IMG/VR virus record: IMGVR_UViG_3300034050_000451
Coordinates: 1-64,000 of that record
Strand: one strand, 5' to 3'
Length of the DNA: 64,000 nucleotides
Positions 26,246 to 38,041 of the stretch are shown here, piece after piece. The translations under genes were made by a program, and so were the position numbers. The notes under the pieces are model-generated. The model was not told the DNA's origin and searched no databases. It saw nothing but the letters and a program-made list of their open reading frames with translations. Each line of letters starts with the position of its first letter. Position 1 is the stretch's first letter.

Positions 26246-29200
26246 TTATTTTATCAAAGATTTAATCATTTCTTTTAATTCATCAATTTGTTTTTGCTGA
26301 GAATTGATTATTTCGGTTTGTTCTTTAATACCTTCAACTAAAAGAGGAACTACTTTAGCGTAGTTTACAGTTAAGTAATCTTCTCCAGATTTGGAACCTA
26401 CAATATTATTATTTTTATCAGTTTCCGTATCAAATGGTGCTAATGTCACAATTTCAGGTAAAACTTCTTGTACTTCTTGTGCTGATAAACCTAATTGTCT
26501 TTTTTCGTTTTTGTATCCGAATGATTTTGCTAAATCATTTTCAACATAATAGAATCCATTCAATTTAGAGATTTTATCTAAAGCGTTTTCAATAGAACCA
26601 ACTTTAGTTTTTAATCTTTCATCAGAGTAGTATGCAATAACATCACCCTGTGCGTAAACCCAGTTATAAGAATAAACATAATCATAGTTTGTTCTATTCA
26701 ATCTGGAAGTACCATTCGGAGCCAAATAATATGCAGTATCACTGTTGTGGTAATATACGTTACCATATACTCTATTATTGAAATATGCAATAGGGTTACC
26801 ACTCTCTCGTCCGATATATGCTACGGAAACTGACTGGCCAGTAGTATTATCATGTATTCTTACATATGAGTTTGCATTATTATCATTTGAATCTAATCTT
26901 AAGTTGATATCATTAAATGAGTTAATACTCATCGAATCACTAAACGAACCATTTAAATCAGTAGATGCGATACCATGATTTGAATAAGTGTCATAATTCG
27001 CGTTCCAGTCAAATGACATGTATGCCGTTTTATGGAATGAATTTGACCAAGTACCATATCCCTGTGCTCTACCTTTATTAGTATCTGAACCGAAGTATGT
27101 TGTATCAGTTATGGTTGTATTGAAACGAGATGTTGATGCAAAATCACCATAGTATCCAGAGTTATTACCATCGTAATATATACCACCATAAACTGTACCT
27201 GTTCCGAAATTTGAATAACCAGAATAGTTGTTTGAATTTAGATATCTAACCCATCCGCTGAAACTTCCTCCGGTAATATTTCTTTGATAAATTTCATTTG
27301 CATTATCTTCCCATCCATATGCCAATTGAGTTCCCCAATAGTTACTTGAGTTTGCATGTCTCATATTTACCTGGAACCACCAAGTTCCAGATGGACCACC
27401 ATTATATTTATCTTCACCAAACGTAAATGAACTTATTGGAGTTCGATTGAAATCTGAAACCCAGTTTCCTTCTCCATAACCACTCATATCATTATGAGCT
27501 TTTAATGCAGTCTTAGTTATATTTAAACGAGATGTTGATGCTGGGTCTGCATAATATGCACTATCAGCCGAATCATAATAAATTCCAGCATACATTGCTC
27601 CACTATTTCCATCATTCACATCAAGCATAGGTACAGTTCTCCAAGTACCAGCATTTGGCCAAGATTGACGGAATCGTAAATTTCCAATTGGACCACCTAC
27701 CAACTGCCAACCATATGCACTATTGTATGCATTGGTGTAGTGATATGCTTGAGTACCTACCCAATGTGAAGTACCAGATGGTTGATTTGATGGGTTTGAC
27801 CAAGAATCAATGAATCCACTACCCCATGTCATCATAGTGTTGAAGTCAGTTGTACCCCAACCCATACTTCCAACCCAATAATTAGAGTCGCCCGTATGAA
27901 TAAATCTTGGGATATTGTATTTCCATGTTCCTTTGGTTCCTTCTACTGTTCTTGCGGTAAATCCATTAACGCTGGTGCTTCTATCACCTGCATAATTACC
28001 ATAGTATCCAGTATCATCATTATCATAGAATATAGGTGCCTGAACTGAAGTTCTGAACCAACCACGTGATGATATTGCCGCAAAAGTTGTACCATAGTTC
28101 ATTACCAATAAACCGTGGTCATTTAAGAATCCAGCTTGTCCTCCAGCATTAGGATGTGACCAAGATAATCCATATAAGTTACCAGTACCAGTACCATCAA
28201 TTGCTAATTTATATGCATTACCCATTGCAAATATACCCTGATATCTAACAGATGTATAAACACCTACAATTGATTGTCCATAGTTGTTATCTAAGTAAAG
28301 GTTTTCATTTCCATCAATTCGGATACCACCATTTGCTACTACATATGATAATCTAGCAGTTCCATTAGGGTCTAAATAATATGCAGTATTTGCATAATCA
28401 TAGTAAAGATTAGCTCTTAAATTTTTATTACCACCACCAGGTCCAATGTAAACATCACCACCATCATAATAGTTTAATTCTAACGGGTCACTACCTCTAC
28501 CATTTACAGTATCAGCATATACGTTTCTACCAATGAAACCATAACTCGTATCTCCCGCCCAATATAAATTATCATAATTAATAGCGTTTATACGAGATGT
28601 TGATGCAAAATCACCATAGTATCCCGTATTATCCGAATCATAAAATATTGGTGCTCTTAATGAGTTACCACCCGTAGCGTAGTTGTTAAATAATACGGTA
28701 TTATTTGGATACATTTCCATATTAGTAACTCTAGTACCAGATGTATTTGTATTATAGAAATACAAATCACCACCATCACTAAATCTCATATATGCCTGTC
28801 CGTGTGCGGTATTTATTCTACCAAATCCGTTTGGTGAACCATTATTATTAGTTACGTTATATCCAAATCCACCCCAGTTCCACGTTACACCAGGTTCAGA
28901 TACCCACATTCTTAAATTAATTTCACCTGCACCAGCACCATTGTTTCCAGACAATAATCTAACTCCAATTTGAGAATCCCCATGTCCACCATTTACTTGA
29001 AATGTACCATATAAGTAAGTGTTACTATTGGGGTTCATATAATATGTAGTATCATCTATATCATAGAATATAGTAGCTCTTGATGAACCATATGCGTAAT
29101 GATTACCAGCAGTATCATATCCACCAACTGTTCTACCGGCAGTTTCAGAATACATATGGAATGCATCAGTACTACCTAACAATTGAGTTGATGTACGTTT

Positions 29201-32200
29201 ACCAACATACCAACTACTACCACTACCACCAATATAACGAACCATTGCTTCCCATCCGTTACCAGGGTTTATAGTAAGGTAGGTATGTTTAGCTCCAGTT
29301 AAATTTAAATTATAAAAATTAGATGTTGATGCAGGGTCTGCATAATATCCTGAATCATTTCTATCATAATATATAGTACCATAAATTGGACCTGCTCCAT
29401 CTAATGTGCCACCATTCATATTGATACCACCATACAACCAGTTATAACCAGCTGAATAGATACCAGATGGATGCCAAGATGCGTTTCCAGTTCCACCTAC
29501 GTTACCATTACCTTGATATGAATAAGTTTGTAGAGTATTTAGGTTTGATGCACCATCACCATTTATATAATACGCAGTGTTGGTATCATAATAAATTGGT
29601 GCCCTCATATCCGTATCAGCTCTAAATGTAGGAGCGTATGTATTAGATAATCTAATTTCAGGCGTTATTGCAGTTTGGACTGTACCAAATGATGTTACTA
29701 CTGCTATATTCCAATTTCTAGATTGTGAATCAGCGTTTGAACTTCTAAATCCAGATGTAAAATCAATAACACTAACTACCGGATAACTCCATCCAGTATT
29801 TGTTTCACCTATCCAAACACAATCAACTCCGTCCTGATTACCAAATCTTACAGTATGTGCAGTTGCACTTGCTCCACCTATAAAAGTAGCAGATGAGTTA
29901 TAACCACCTTGGTCATAAGCATAATTACCTAATAGATATTCTGATGTTTGGTTAGTAGAGTAATTATAAATTCGAACCTTCATAGTCCACATAGGGTTAT
30001 TTCCCCTAAATGGTAATTTAATTCTAATAGCTCCAGTAGAACCATCTGATGAAAATGCTGCTCCTTGTGGTGCAGTTATTCGTGTCACAACGTTTGGTGA
30101 TGATGATGAATAACCATCACTACTAAATGCTCCACCTGAATGAACAGTTCCACCTATTCTTAAAGAAATTCCAGTTGTATTAGGGTCTAAATAATACCCA
30201 CTATCATTGTAATCTCTAAATAATGTACCTCTTACTTCTTCAGATGCCACAATTCTAGATGAAATTGCTGCTCTAAATGTACCATTATTGATAATCAATA
30301 AACCGTGGTCATTAAGATTATTAGCTCCACCTAATCCACCTGCGTTTGGATGTGACCAACCAATACCATACATATTTGCCGTTGATGTACCTGCCGTATT
30401 TGGTTTGTATGAATCACCCATAGCAAATACCAATTGTAATCTCTCTGCTGAATAGTTACCAACTATACCTTTTCCGAAATCATCAAATACAATATTTCTA
30501 GCATATGTAATTCTAGTAGTATCTCTCGTATCATGGTAGTGAATTAGGGAATCAGTTCCAGCGAATCTACTATATCTATAAACATTATATCCAGAATCCC
30601 AATACCAATGGTCACCATACCAAGATGATGAATCTTCTCCAAAATAGAAATGAGAATCACCACTATCGGTTGCACCAACTCTTAAAGTATCATTAATATG
30701 AGTTTCATCAGCGTTACCATTTCCTAAATAAGTGTATCCATTTACATATAAATTATTAGTTACCCTAACATGTGCATCACCAGTACCAATTGAGAATATA
30801 AGCGTACCTAAATCTTCAGTATCATAAAAACGAATACCACCATATCCAGGTTGTGCACCCATACGGATACCAGTATGCCATCTTAAATCTAATTTAGTAT
30901 ATGAACCACCATAACCTTCTATATTAGTACCTATGTAATAGTTATCATTTGCATCAGAGTTACCTCCTCCAAAATGTAATCTAGCAGAACCTACTGAATT
31001 GTATGCGTTATTACTAAAGTTACCACCAATTACAACTCTTCCCGCAGTTTGTAAATCATTTAGGTTTGATGTTGATGCTCCATCTATATAATAATTAGTA
31101 TTATTTGCATCATAATAAATTGCTGCAAATAAGTTACCACTACCTCTATTATATCCAAATGCGGGTACAAGGTTTCCATTTAGATAAAGGTCATTTACGT
31201 TCATATAGAAATTACCTCTATCCGTATAGATATGAGCATATGAACTATTTGCAGGTCCTATTTGTATGTATCCAACGTCTGTAGTAAATCTAACACCCCA
31301 ATCACCAGCTCCAGATAATGTAGAATTATTTGCAGATGTACCCAATCTAATTGCGTTTAGTACAGAAGTAGATGCAGGGTCTAAGTAATATCCAGTATTA
31401 TTTTCATCATAGAATGCATATGCGTACATATTGTTAGCAACCAAATTTTCATATGATGTACCCGGATTATTTCTTATTGAAATTCTACCACTTGCTTCCA
31501 TTGTAATATTGGATGCAACTACACCACTCCAATGGAAACCAATTGATGGTGCGTATGCAATGGCCGAACCATTTGCACCACTAGCACCTGCTTCTCTAAT
31601 TTGAAAATGTTGTTGATATGATGTTCCAGCGGTTACACTATATACAGGCGATGCTGCATCAAATGCAATTCCATTCATACGAGATGTTCCTGCTGGATTT
31701 GTATAATACCCAGTATTATCAGAATCGTAGAATATAGGTGAACGCATGTTCCCAGTTGCAGTCAATTCACCACTTTGGTTACCATAAATTACGTTACTAC
31801 CACCTGAATTTCTCCAAATCCAGTCTCCAGCAGCTTGGAAATACCAATTATTAGAATGATATTGAATCTTACCACTAAATTCACCATCCCATGTAGATGA
31901 ATCACTTCTCCAACTACCAACAGTTCTTAACGATGTTGTTGATGTAGGGTCTAAATAATATGATGTATTATTCGAATCATAGAATATAGGTGCTCTAAAA
32001 CTTGCTGCTGCAGTAGCAACACCACTATCATTTACACTAAACTCAACAGTAGTCCAAGCATTATCTACTACTTCTAAATATCTACCTGCACCACCACCTA
32101 ATTGTACAGTTAATACACCGGCTGCTCTATCAGATGCTCTACCAATCCAAGCCTCACCAGTATTAGTTTGAGAATTATTAAATGTACCAACTTGAATTCT

Positions 32201-35200
32201 ACCCTGTAAATTAGCAGAAATTCCATTTGCTCCATTAGATGGGTCTATATAATATGATGTATTATCCGAATCGTAGAATGTTGGTGCAGCAATACCGAAT
32301 TGACCTGAAGTTGGATATACAATACTATCTGCCGTAAAATCGGAAATGTTAGTTGCAGAAGGTGATGTGTTAATATAAACCGCACCAATTGCACTATTTG
32401 TATTGGTAGTAATACTTCGTGTAGTTCTAATAAGAGCATCAACTGATGAGTAATATCTAACATCAACATATACAGGAATGTATCTATGGTCACCACTTAC
32501 AACTACTTCAGAACCAATAGTTACTTGGAAGTGATTTGAACCTATACCATTTGCTTCAACTAATTGAACTGATGCTGCAGAAACATATCCATAAGAAACT
32601 ATATATCTTTTTCTTAAACCTTTATCGTAGTAATTTTCCGAAAGTTCAACTTCAAATAAACCAACAGAGTTCCAATCATTAAAATCAATACCAATTCGTG
32701 CAACTTCAAATCTTCTAGCTTGAGTTGCAGATGCACCTAAGTTATTGATTCCAAAATATTTATAATCACCGATTTGGAAATCATTACCTAAATTTATTGT
32801 ACCATTTACAGTAAGAGTTCCAGCAATATTTAAGTTATTAAGAACAGATGTACTATTTCCATCAATTCTATATGTTGTATCATCCGAATCATAGAAAATT
32901 GGAGAACGCATATCACCTGTTGTTGATATGGTAGTATCCCCACTATGCCACAATCTTCTACCAGTACCCCAAGTTGCAGAATCAAATGCTTGTCTTGAGA
33001 ACCATAGGTTATCACCATACTTATCTCCAACAATTGCGTAACTTTGTTTAACATCACCACCATTATAAGTTGACATCCATAGAACATCATTCCAACTTCC
33101 ACCAAATCCAAGGTTTCCGTTACTAAGCATGGCTACCTTTAACTTACCAGCTCCGAATGTAGCTGAGTTAGGTTTTTCAGTTCCCCCAGATGAATAATGT
33201 CCTCCTAAAAAAGAACCAGCAATATTTCCAGTAGAAGTATATATTCTATGGTCATAATATGTCCCTTGTTGACCATCTAATAAATCTGCATCTAATCCAG
33301 AACCAGCACCATCTGTACTACCTGTCCAAACTTTTTCATTTTCCCAATAAAGAATACCATCAGTACGCATTTCCAAATACTTACCAACAACACCACTAAT
33401 GTGAAAAGCAATACCAGTGGTTGTAGTGCTATATGATTCAGTCCATAAAGCAGCGGTAGTATAATTGTTGTTTGTTTGTGCTTTTCTAAACTGCCCTCTT
33501 ACTGATACTATTTCATTTATATTTGAAGTACTAGCTGCATCTAAATAGTATGCGGTATTATCTGAATCATAAAATATTGGTGTTCTCATGCTTTCAGCTG
33601 AGAAGAATCTACCATTTGTAAACATTGAGTGTCTTATACTCCAAGAAGTACTATCAACGCCAGATGCAAAATAATGTTGTATATCACCACTACCATCCAT
33701 ATGTCTTAACCACATATTATTGGATATAGTATTTCTAAATGTCATAGATGGATACTGTCCTCTAATATTTATTGCACCATCATTAGGAGTAGTGTTAGCC
33801 CAGTTATTTACTAATTGGATATGGCTAAGTACAGAAAGTCCAGCAGGATTTGTATAATATGCAGTATTATCCGTATCATAGAATATAGGTGCCCTCATAT
33901 CTACTTCAGATGCAATCCTTACATTAGAATACCAACCACCATTTGTTAAATTAAGATAAAAATTATTTTCACCTAAGTAATACGCGTTTGATGCTCTAAA
34001 ATTAGTACCTCTTATCGTAGAAAAAGTAACATCATCCGTTGTACGAATGTTTTGGTTCATTAAATGAACTTCAGTTGAACCTTGTCCAGTATCTATCGAT
34101 GTACCACTTATTGTACCATCTGCTATAAAATTACCAGTTCTTAATGTTGGAGTTTTAGTGGATGTTACAGTACCAAATGATGTTGTTTCAAATGATAGAG
34201 CCCAATCACCATCCCATTGAGATACAGCGAAGTTTGAATGTCCACCAATAAACTCAGTAACAACTATTTTAGGGTATGACCAAGTTGTTGCTAATTCACC
34301 GATGAATATTGTACAATAAGTACCATCATGTGCAAATCTAACAGTATATGCAGGTGCCCCAGCTGCCCCAGCAACACTTGCATTTGTATTAATCCAAGAT
34401 GTTGATGGTGAATAATTATATCCACCCATTGAGTATTCCCAATAAGTATCTCCACTATAATTGTAAATACGAACTTTTAACTCCATCATAGTGTTTGTCC
34501 ACGATTGAGGAAGTCGTATCTTTATTGCTCCAGTTACGGATGATGTACTATTATTTAATGTACCTCCATTTGGATATGTTATTTTTAATACACTACCTTG
34601 CTCTTGTGCGAAAGCATTAGCATTTATATAATTTAATCGAGATATATCATTATTAATAAAATATGTAGTGCCACCACCTACATAAATTGTATTACCAGTT
34701 ATATTTGCAAAAGTTACACTATCAGTAGTTCTAACATTTTGGTTCATCAAATGAACTTCGGTTAATCCTTGCCCAGTATTAACTTGAGCTGCTACTAAAT
34801 TACCAGCTAATGTTAATGAGTTTAAGTTTGAAGTACCGGTGTTTAAATAATAAGTTGTATCGAATAAATACATTGTATCAATTCTATCCAACAATAAGTT
34901 ACCAGTTTGTGCTGAGTTTGCTGTAAAAACATTACCCCCTACACCCAATACAATTCTCTTAGATGCGTTTATGAATTTTAATCCTGCCCAACTATTATAA
35001 TCCCAATCATTATTATCAGTAAAACGTAAAGATGATAAGTTTCTCCAAATGGTTTCACCAGTTGAGATACTTGTCATTGTCAATCCATTTGCTGCAAAAT
35101 AATAATCATTACCTGTTGTTGTAAGATTTAGTCTAGCAAATGTTATAGTATCAGATGTACGAACGTTTTGGTTCATCAAATGAACTTCAGTTAATCCTTG

Positions 35201-38029
35201 CCCAGTATCTATTTGAGTACCATATAAATTACCAGCAGATTGTAAATCAGAATCAGCGTACCATCTATCAGTTGATTCGTTCCAATAAAATTGTTTTGTT
35301 GCTGCGTTTCCTCTCTTAACTTCTATACCAGCATTTTCAGTTGGTGCAGTTGCTGCTCCAATATCTGCATTTAATGTAATGATATTATCACCTACATTAA
35401 GAGTTGTTGTATTAATATATGTTGTTGTACCACTTACAGTAAGGTCACCACTAATTGTAGCGTTACCAGTTACTGCTAATGTAGTACCATCGAATCTTAA
35501 ATTACTTTCAACGGTTGCGTTTGGTGCAGTTCCGTTTAATGTGATTACACCATTATCAGTTGTACCAGTTAATGCTAATACACCAGATGAACCAGATGTT
35601 CCACTACTACCAGATGTTCCACTCGTTCCAGAAGTTCCACTCGTTCCAGAAGTTCCACTTGAACCAGACGAACCAGAAGTTCCACTACTTCCAGATGTTC
35701 CACTACTTCCACTAGTCCCAGATGAACCACCACTACCAGCAGTACCCCTTGTTCCAGAAGTTCCACTACTTCCACTTGTCCCAGAAGTTCCACTACTTCC
35801 ACTTGTCCCAGAAGTTCCACTACTTCCAGAAGAACCAGATGTTCCACTCGTTCCAGATGTTCCACTACTTCCAGAAGAACCACTTGAACCACCACTACCA
35901 GCAGTACCTCTTGTTCCAGAAGTTCCGCTTGTACCAGATGTTCCAGAAGTTCCGCTTGTGCCAGATGTTCCAGACGAACCACTACTTCCAGATGTACCAC
36001 CAGTTCCAGCAGTTCCACCTGTACCACTACTTCCTATTAATCCATTTATTCCACTCGTTCCAGATGTTCCAGATGTTCCACTACTTCCAGAAGAACCAGA
36101 TGTTCCAGAAGAACCACTACTTCCACTTGTCCCAGAAGAACCTGAAGTTCCACTCGTTCCACTTGTACCAGATGAACCACTACTTCCAGATGAACCAGAC
36201 GTTCCACCCGTACCAGCCGTTGAATTTGTACCTGATGAACCGCTAGTTCCAGAGGTTCCAGAAGAACCACTACTTCCAGAGGTTCCGCTACTACCGCTAC
36301 TCCCAGACGAACCTGATGTACCACCATCTCCAACAACTCCATCTATACCACTCGTTCCAGAAGTACCACGAGTACCACTTGTTCCAGAAGTTCCCGAGCT
36401 TCCACTTGAACCACTACTACCACTTGAACCAGATATTCCAGATGTTCCAGATGTTCCAGAAGAACCAGAAGAACCAGACGAACCAGATATCCCACTAGTC
36501 CCAGAAGTTCCTGAAGTTCCCGAAGTTCCTCTTGTTCCAGAAGTACCACTCGTTCCCGATGAACCAGATGAACCAGATGTTCCACTACTTCCACTTGAAC
36601 CACTACTTCCGCTTGTTGCGGATGTACCACCACTTCCGCTTGTTGCTGATGTTCCAGACGAACCACTTATTCCAGAAGAACCCGATGTTCCAGATGAACC
36701 AGAGGTTCCAGAAGAACCAGAGGTACCACGTGTACCACTTGTACCAGATGTTCCACCACTTCCAGATGTTCCGCTTGAACCGAATCCACTTGAACCAGAT
36801 GAACCTGAAGTTCCACTTGTTCCAGAAGTTCCAGATGTACCGCTACTTCCACTACTTCCACTACTTCCGCTTGTACCAGATGTCCCAGAAGTTCCAGATG
36901 AACCACTAGTTCCTCTCGTACCACTACTTCCGCTTGTACCAGATGAACCACCACTACCAGATGTTCCACCACTACCAGATGTTCCACTTGTCCCAGATGT
37001 TCCACTACTTCCACTTGAACCACTACTTCCACTTGAACCACTAGCTCCAGAAGAACCACTACTACCACTTGTCCCAGAAGTACCACTTGTCCCAGACGTA
37101 CCTGAAGTACCTGAAGTACCACTCGTACCTGATGTACCAGCCGTACCAGCCGCAGGTTCCCATATCAATCCAGTCCAACGATATATGTTAGTATCTGAAG
37201 TGTTATAATATATTTCACCAACTTTACCAGATACTGGGTTTGATGTATATGATGGTATTTGTATTGTATCTTTAACTCTTAACGAACCAGTAAATTCATG
37301 CGTATCCGAAGATTGGTCACCAAATTTATTGGAACCAGATGAAAATATTATTGATGAAGATATGTATGTTGTTTTTAATTCAGTTGCGGTAATTGTACCT
37401 GCTACATTTAAACTTTTTAAAGTTGTTGTACCATCTACATTTAAATTACCAGCTATTTGAGCAGAACCACTAACTCCTAAATATTTTTCAGTTACGATTC
37501 CTACATTTACTTCTAATCCTTTATTAGGAGAAATGGTTGCGGTTGCTGAACCTGATTTTAATCGATTAATATCACCAATCGATGCCGCTGATATATTTGT
37601 TATGTTTGAACCATCTCCAGCTAAGAAAGATGCCGATACCGTTCCAGTAGTTAATAAAGAACCGGTTATATCAGTATTAACATTTATAGAAAGTTTATTA
37701 TTTGATATTCTAGCTGTCCCATCTCCACTTTGAATTTTAGATTGTGCATCTGCGGTTAATCCTTCAAATGGAATTTTGGTTAAATTTGAACCATCACCAC
37801 TAAATGAACCAGAGAATGAGCCGGAAAATTGAGAACCAACAAATTTACTACCACTAAAAGCAGAACCAGTATATGATGATGCCAAAACACCATTAGTAAC
37901 TGATAATTTAGTGTTGATATCTAACGATGCCGTTGATACCGTTAATTGCTGTACTCCGTTTACATCAACCGATAGTAAACTTTGACTGACCTGATTAATA
38001 CCATTTGGATTCTTACCTGCGTACTTCAT
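26246..38029 (-). CDS. giant tail fibre (3927 aa): Gly-X-Y stalk, multi-knob shaft, C-terminal peptidase S74-type intramolecular chaperone
   Basis: About 520 aa of GTS/GSS; about 18 FYDSDNxxYYxDPxSTS linkers; C-terminal SDERLK..ALDKISKLNG..GLSAQEV..PEIV..VNYAKVVPLLVEGIKE coiled coil. Confidence 0.85.
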   Translation of the reverse strand: MKYAGKNPNGINQVSQSLLSVDVNGVQQLTVSTASLDINTKLSVTNGVLASSYTGSAFSGSKFVGSQFSGSFSGSFSGDGSNLTKIPFEGLTADAQSKIQSGDGTARISNNKLSINVNTDITGSLLTTGTVSASFLAGDGSNITNISAASIGDINRLKSGSATATISPNKGLEVNVGIVTEKYLGVSGSAQIAGNLNVDGTTTLKSLNVAGTITATELKTTYISSSIIFSSGSNKFGDQSSDTHEFTGSLRVKDTIQIPSYTSNPVSGKVGEIYYNTSDTNIYRWTGLIWEPAAGTAGTSGTSGTSGTSGTSGTSGTSGTSGSSGSSGASGSSGSSGSSGSSGTSGTSGTSGSGGTSGSGGSSGTSGSSGTRGTSGSSGTSGTSGTSGSSGSSGSSGTSGTSGTSGTSGSSGSSGFGSSGTSGSGGTSGTSGTRGTSGSSGTSGSSGTSGSSGISGSSGTSATSGSGGTSATSGSSGSSGSSGTSGSSGSSGTSGTSGTRGTSGTSGTSGTSGISGSSGSSGSSGTSGTSGISGSSGSSGSSGSSGTSGTSGTRGTSGTSGIDGVVGDGGTSGSSGSSGSSGTSGSSGSSGTSGTSGSSGTNSTAGTGGTSGSSGSSGSSGTSGTSGTSGSSGTSGSSGSSGTSGSSGSSGTSGTSGTSGINGLIGSSGTGGTAGTGGTSGSSGSSGTSGTSGTSGTSGTSGTSGTRGTAGSGGSSGSSGSSGTSGTSGTSGSSGSSGTSGTSGSSGTSGTSGSSGTSGTRGTAGSGGSSGTSGSSGTSGSSGTSGSSGSSGTSGTSGTSGTSGTSGSSGTSGSSGVLALTGTTDNGVITLNGTAPNATVESNLRFDGTTLAVTGNATISGDLTVSGTTTYINTTTLNVGDNIITLNADIGAATAPTENAGIEVKRGNAATKQFYWNESTDRWYADSDLQSAGNLYGTQIDTGQGLTEVHLMNQNVRTSDTITFARLNLTTTGNDYYFAANGLTMTSISTGETIWRNLSSLRFTDNNDWDYNSWAGLKFINASKRIVLGVGGNVFTANSAQTGNLLLDRIDTMYLFDTTYYLNTGTSNLNSLTLAGNLVAAQVNTGQGLTEVHLMNQNVRTTDSVTFANITGNTIYVGGGTTYFINNDISRLNYINANAFAQEQGSVLKITYPNGGTLNNSTSSVTGAIKIRLPQSWTNTMMELKVRIYNYSGDTYWEYSMGGYNYSPSTSWINTNASVAGAAGAPAYTVRFAHDGTYCTIFIGELATTWSYPKIVVTEFIGGHSNFAVSQWDGDWALSFETTSFGTVTSTKTPTLRTGNFIADGTISGTSIDTGQGSTEVHLMNQNIRTTDDVTFSTIRGTNFRASNAYYLGENNFYLNLTNGGWYSNVRIASEVDMRAPIFYDTDNTAYYTNPAGLSVLSHIQLVNNWANTTPNDGAINIRGQYPSMTFRNTISNNMWLRHMDGSGDIQHYFASGVDSTSWSIRHSMFTNGRFFSAESMRTPIFYDSDNTAYYLDAASTSNINEIVSVRGQFRKAQTNNNYTTAALWTESYSTTTTGIAFHISGVVGKYLEMRTDGILYWENEKVWTGSTDGAGSGLDADLLDGQQGTYYDHRIYTSTGNIAGSFLGGHYSSGGTEKPNSATFGAGKLKVAMLSNGNLGFGGSWNDVLWMSTYNGGDVKQSYAIVGDKYGDNLWFSRQAFDSATWGTGRRLWHSGDTTISTTGDMRSPIFYDSDDTTYRIDGNSTSVLNNLNIAGTLTVNGTINLGNDFQIGDYKYFGINNLGASATQARRFEVARIGIDFNDWNSVGLFEVELSENYYDKGLRKRYIVSYGYVSAASVQLVEANGIGSNHFQVTIGSEVVVSGDHRYIPVYVDVRYYSSVDALIRTTRSITTNTNSAIGAVYINTSPSATNISDFTADSIVYPTSGQFGIAAPTFYDSDNTSYYIDPSNGANGISANLQGRIQVGTFNNSQTNTGEAWIGRASDRAAGVLTVQLGGGAGRYLEVVDNAWTTVEFSVNDSGVATAAASFRAPIFYDSNNTSYYLDPTSTTSLRTVGSWRSDSSTWDGEFSGKIQYHSNNWYFQAAGDWIWRNSGGSNVIYGNQSGELTATGNMRSPIFYDSDNTGYYTNPAGTSRMNGIAFDAASPVYSVTAGTSYQQHFQIREAGASGANGSAIAYAPSIGFHWSGVVASNITMEASGRISIRNNPGTSYENLVANNMYAYAFYDENNTGYYLDPASTSVLNAIRLGTSANNSTLSGAGDWGVRFTTDVGYIQIGPANSSYAHIYTDRGNFYMNVNDLYLNGNLVPAFGYNRGSGNLFAAIYYDANNTNYYIDGASTSNLNDLQTAGRVVIGGNFSNNAYNSVGSARLHFGGGNSDANDNYYIGTNIEGYGGSYTKLDLRWHTGIRMGAQPGYGGIRFYDTEDLGTLIFSIGTGDAHVRVTNNLYVNGYTYLGNGNADETHINDTLRVGATDSGDSHFYFGEDSSSWYGDHWYWDSGYNVYRYSRFAGTDSLIHYHDTRDTTRITYARNIVFDDFGKGIVGNYSAERLQLVFAMGDSYKPNTAGTSTANMYGIGWSHPNAGGLGGANNLNDHGLLIINNGTFRAAISSRIVASEEVRGTLFRDYNDSGYYLDPNTTGISLRIGGTVHSGGAFSSDGYSSSSPNVVTRITAPQGAAFSSDGSTGAIRIKLPFRGNNPMWTMKVRIYNYSTNQTSEYLLGNYAYDQGGYNSSATFIGGASATAHTVRFGNQDGVDCVWIGETNTGWSYPVVSVIDFTSGFRSSNADSQSRNWNIAVVTSFGTVQTAITPEIRLSNTYAPTFRADTDMRAPIYYDTNTAYYINGDGASNLNTLQTYSYQGNGNVGGTGNASWHPSGIYSAGYNWLYGGINMNGGTLDGAGPIYGTIYYDRNDSGYYADPASTSNFYNLNLTGAKHTYLTINPGNGWEAMVRYIGGSGSSWYVGKRTSTQLLGSTDAFHMYSETAGRTVGGYDTAGNHYAYGSSRATIFYDIDDTTYYMNPNSNTYLYGTFQVNGGHGDSQIGVRLLSGNNGAGAGEINLRMWVSEPGVTWNWGGFGYNVTNNNGSPNGFGRINTAHGQAYMRFSDGGDLYFYNTNTSGTRVTNMEMYPNNTVLFNNYATGGNSLRAPIFYDSDNTGYYGDFASTSRINAINYDNLYWAGDTSYGFIGRNVYADTVNGRGSDPLELNYYDGGDVYIGPGGGNKNLRANLYYDYANTAYYLDPNGTARLSYVVANGGIRIDGNENLYLDNNYGQSIVGVYTSVRYQGIFAMGNAYKLAIDGTGTGNLYGLSWSHPNAGGQAGFLNDHGLLVMNYGTTFAAISSRGWFRTSVQAPIFYDNDDTGYYGNYAGDRSTSVNGFTARTVEGTKGTWKYNIPRFIHTGDSNYWVGSMGWGTTDFNTMMTWGSGFIDSWSNPSNQPSGTSHWVGTQAYHYTNAYNSAYGWQLVGGPIGNLRFRQSWPNAGTWRTVPMLDVNDGNSGAMYAGIYYDSADSAYYADPASTSRLNITKTALKAHNDMSGYGEGNWVSDFNRTPISSFTFGEDKYNGGPSGTWWFQVNMRHANSSNYWGTQLAYGWEDNANEIYQRNITGGSFSGWVRYLNSNNYSGYSNFGTGTVYGGIYYDGNNSGYYGDFASTSRFNTTITDTTYFGSDTNKGRAQGYGTWSNSFHKTAYMSFDWNANYDTYSNHGIASTDLNGSFSDSMSINSFNDINLRLDSNDNNANSYVRIHDNTTGQSVSVAYIGRESGNPIAYFNNRVYGNVYYHNSDTAYYLAPNGTSRLNRTNYDYVYSYNWVYAQGDVIAYYSDERLKTKVGSIENALDKISKLNGFYYVENDLAKSFGYKNEKRQLGLSAQEVQEVLPEIVTLAPFDTETDKNNNIVGSKSGEDYLTVNYAKVVPLLVEGIKEQTEIINSQQKQIDELKEMIKSLIK
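35582..37150 (-). repeat. Gly-Thr/Ser-Ser collagen-like tract
   Basis: Gly at every third residue for about 520 aa; GC-rich relative to the rest of the window. Confidence 0.95.
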
Positions 38030-38041
38030 TAATCTTTATAT

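Noticed and set aside
902-38029. Diversity-generating retroelement targeting the lectin or fibre tips
   Set aside because: No reverse transcriptase in the window and no near-identical TR/VR pair with adenine-specific mismatches seen; duplicated cassettes are too diverged.
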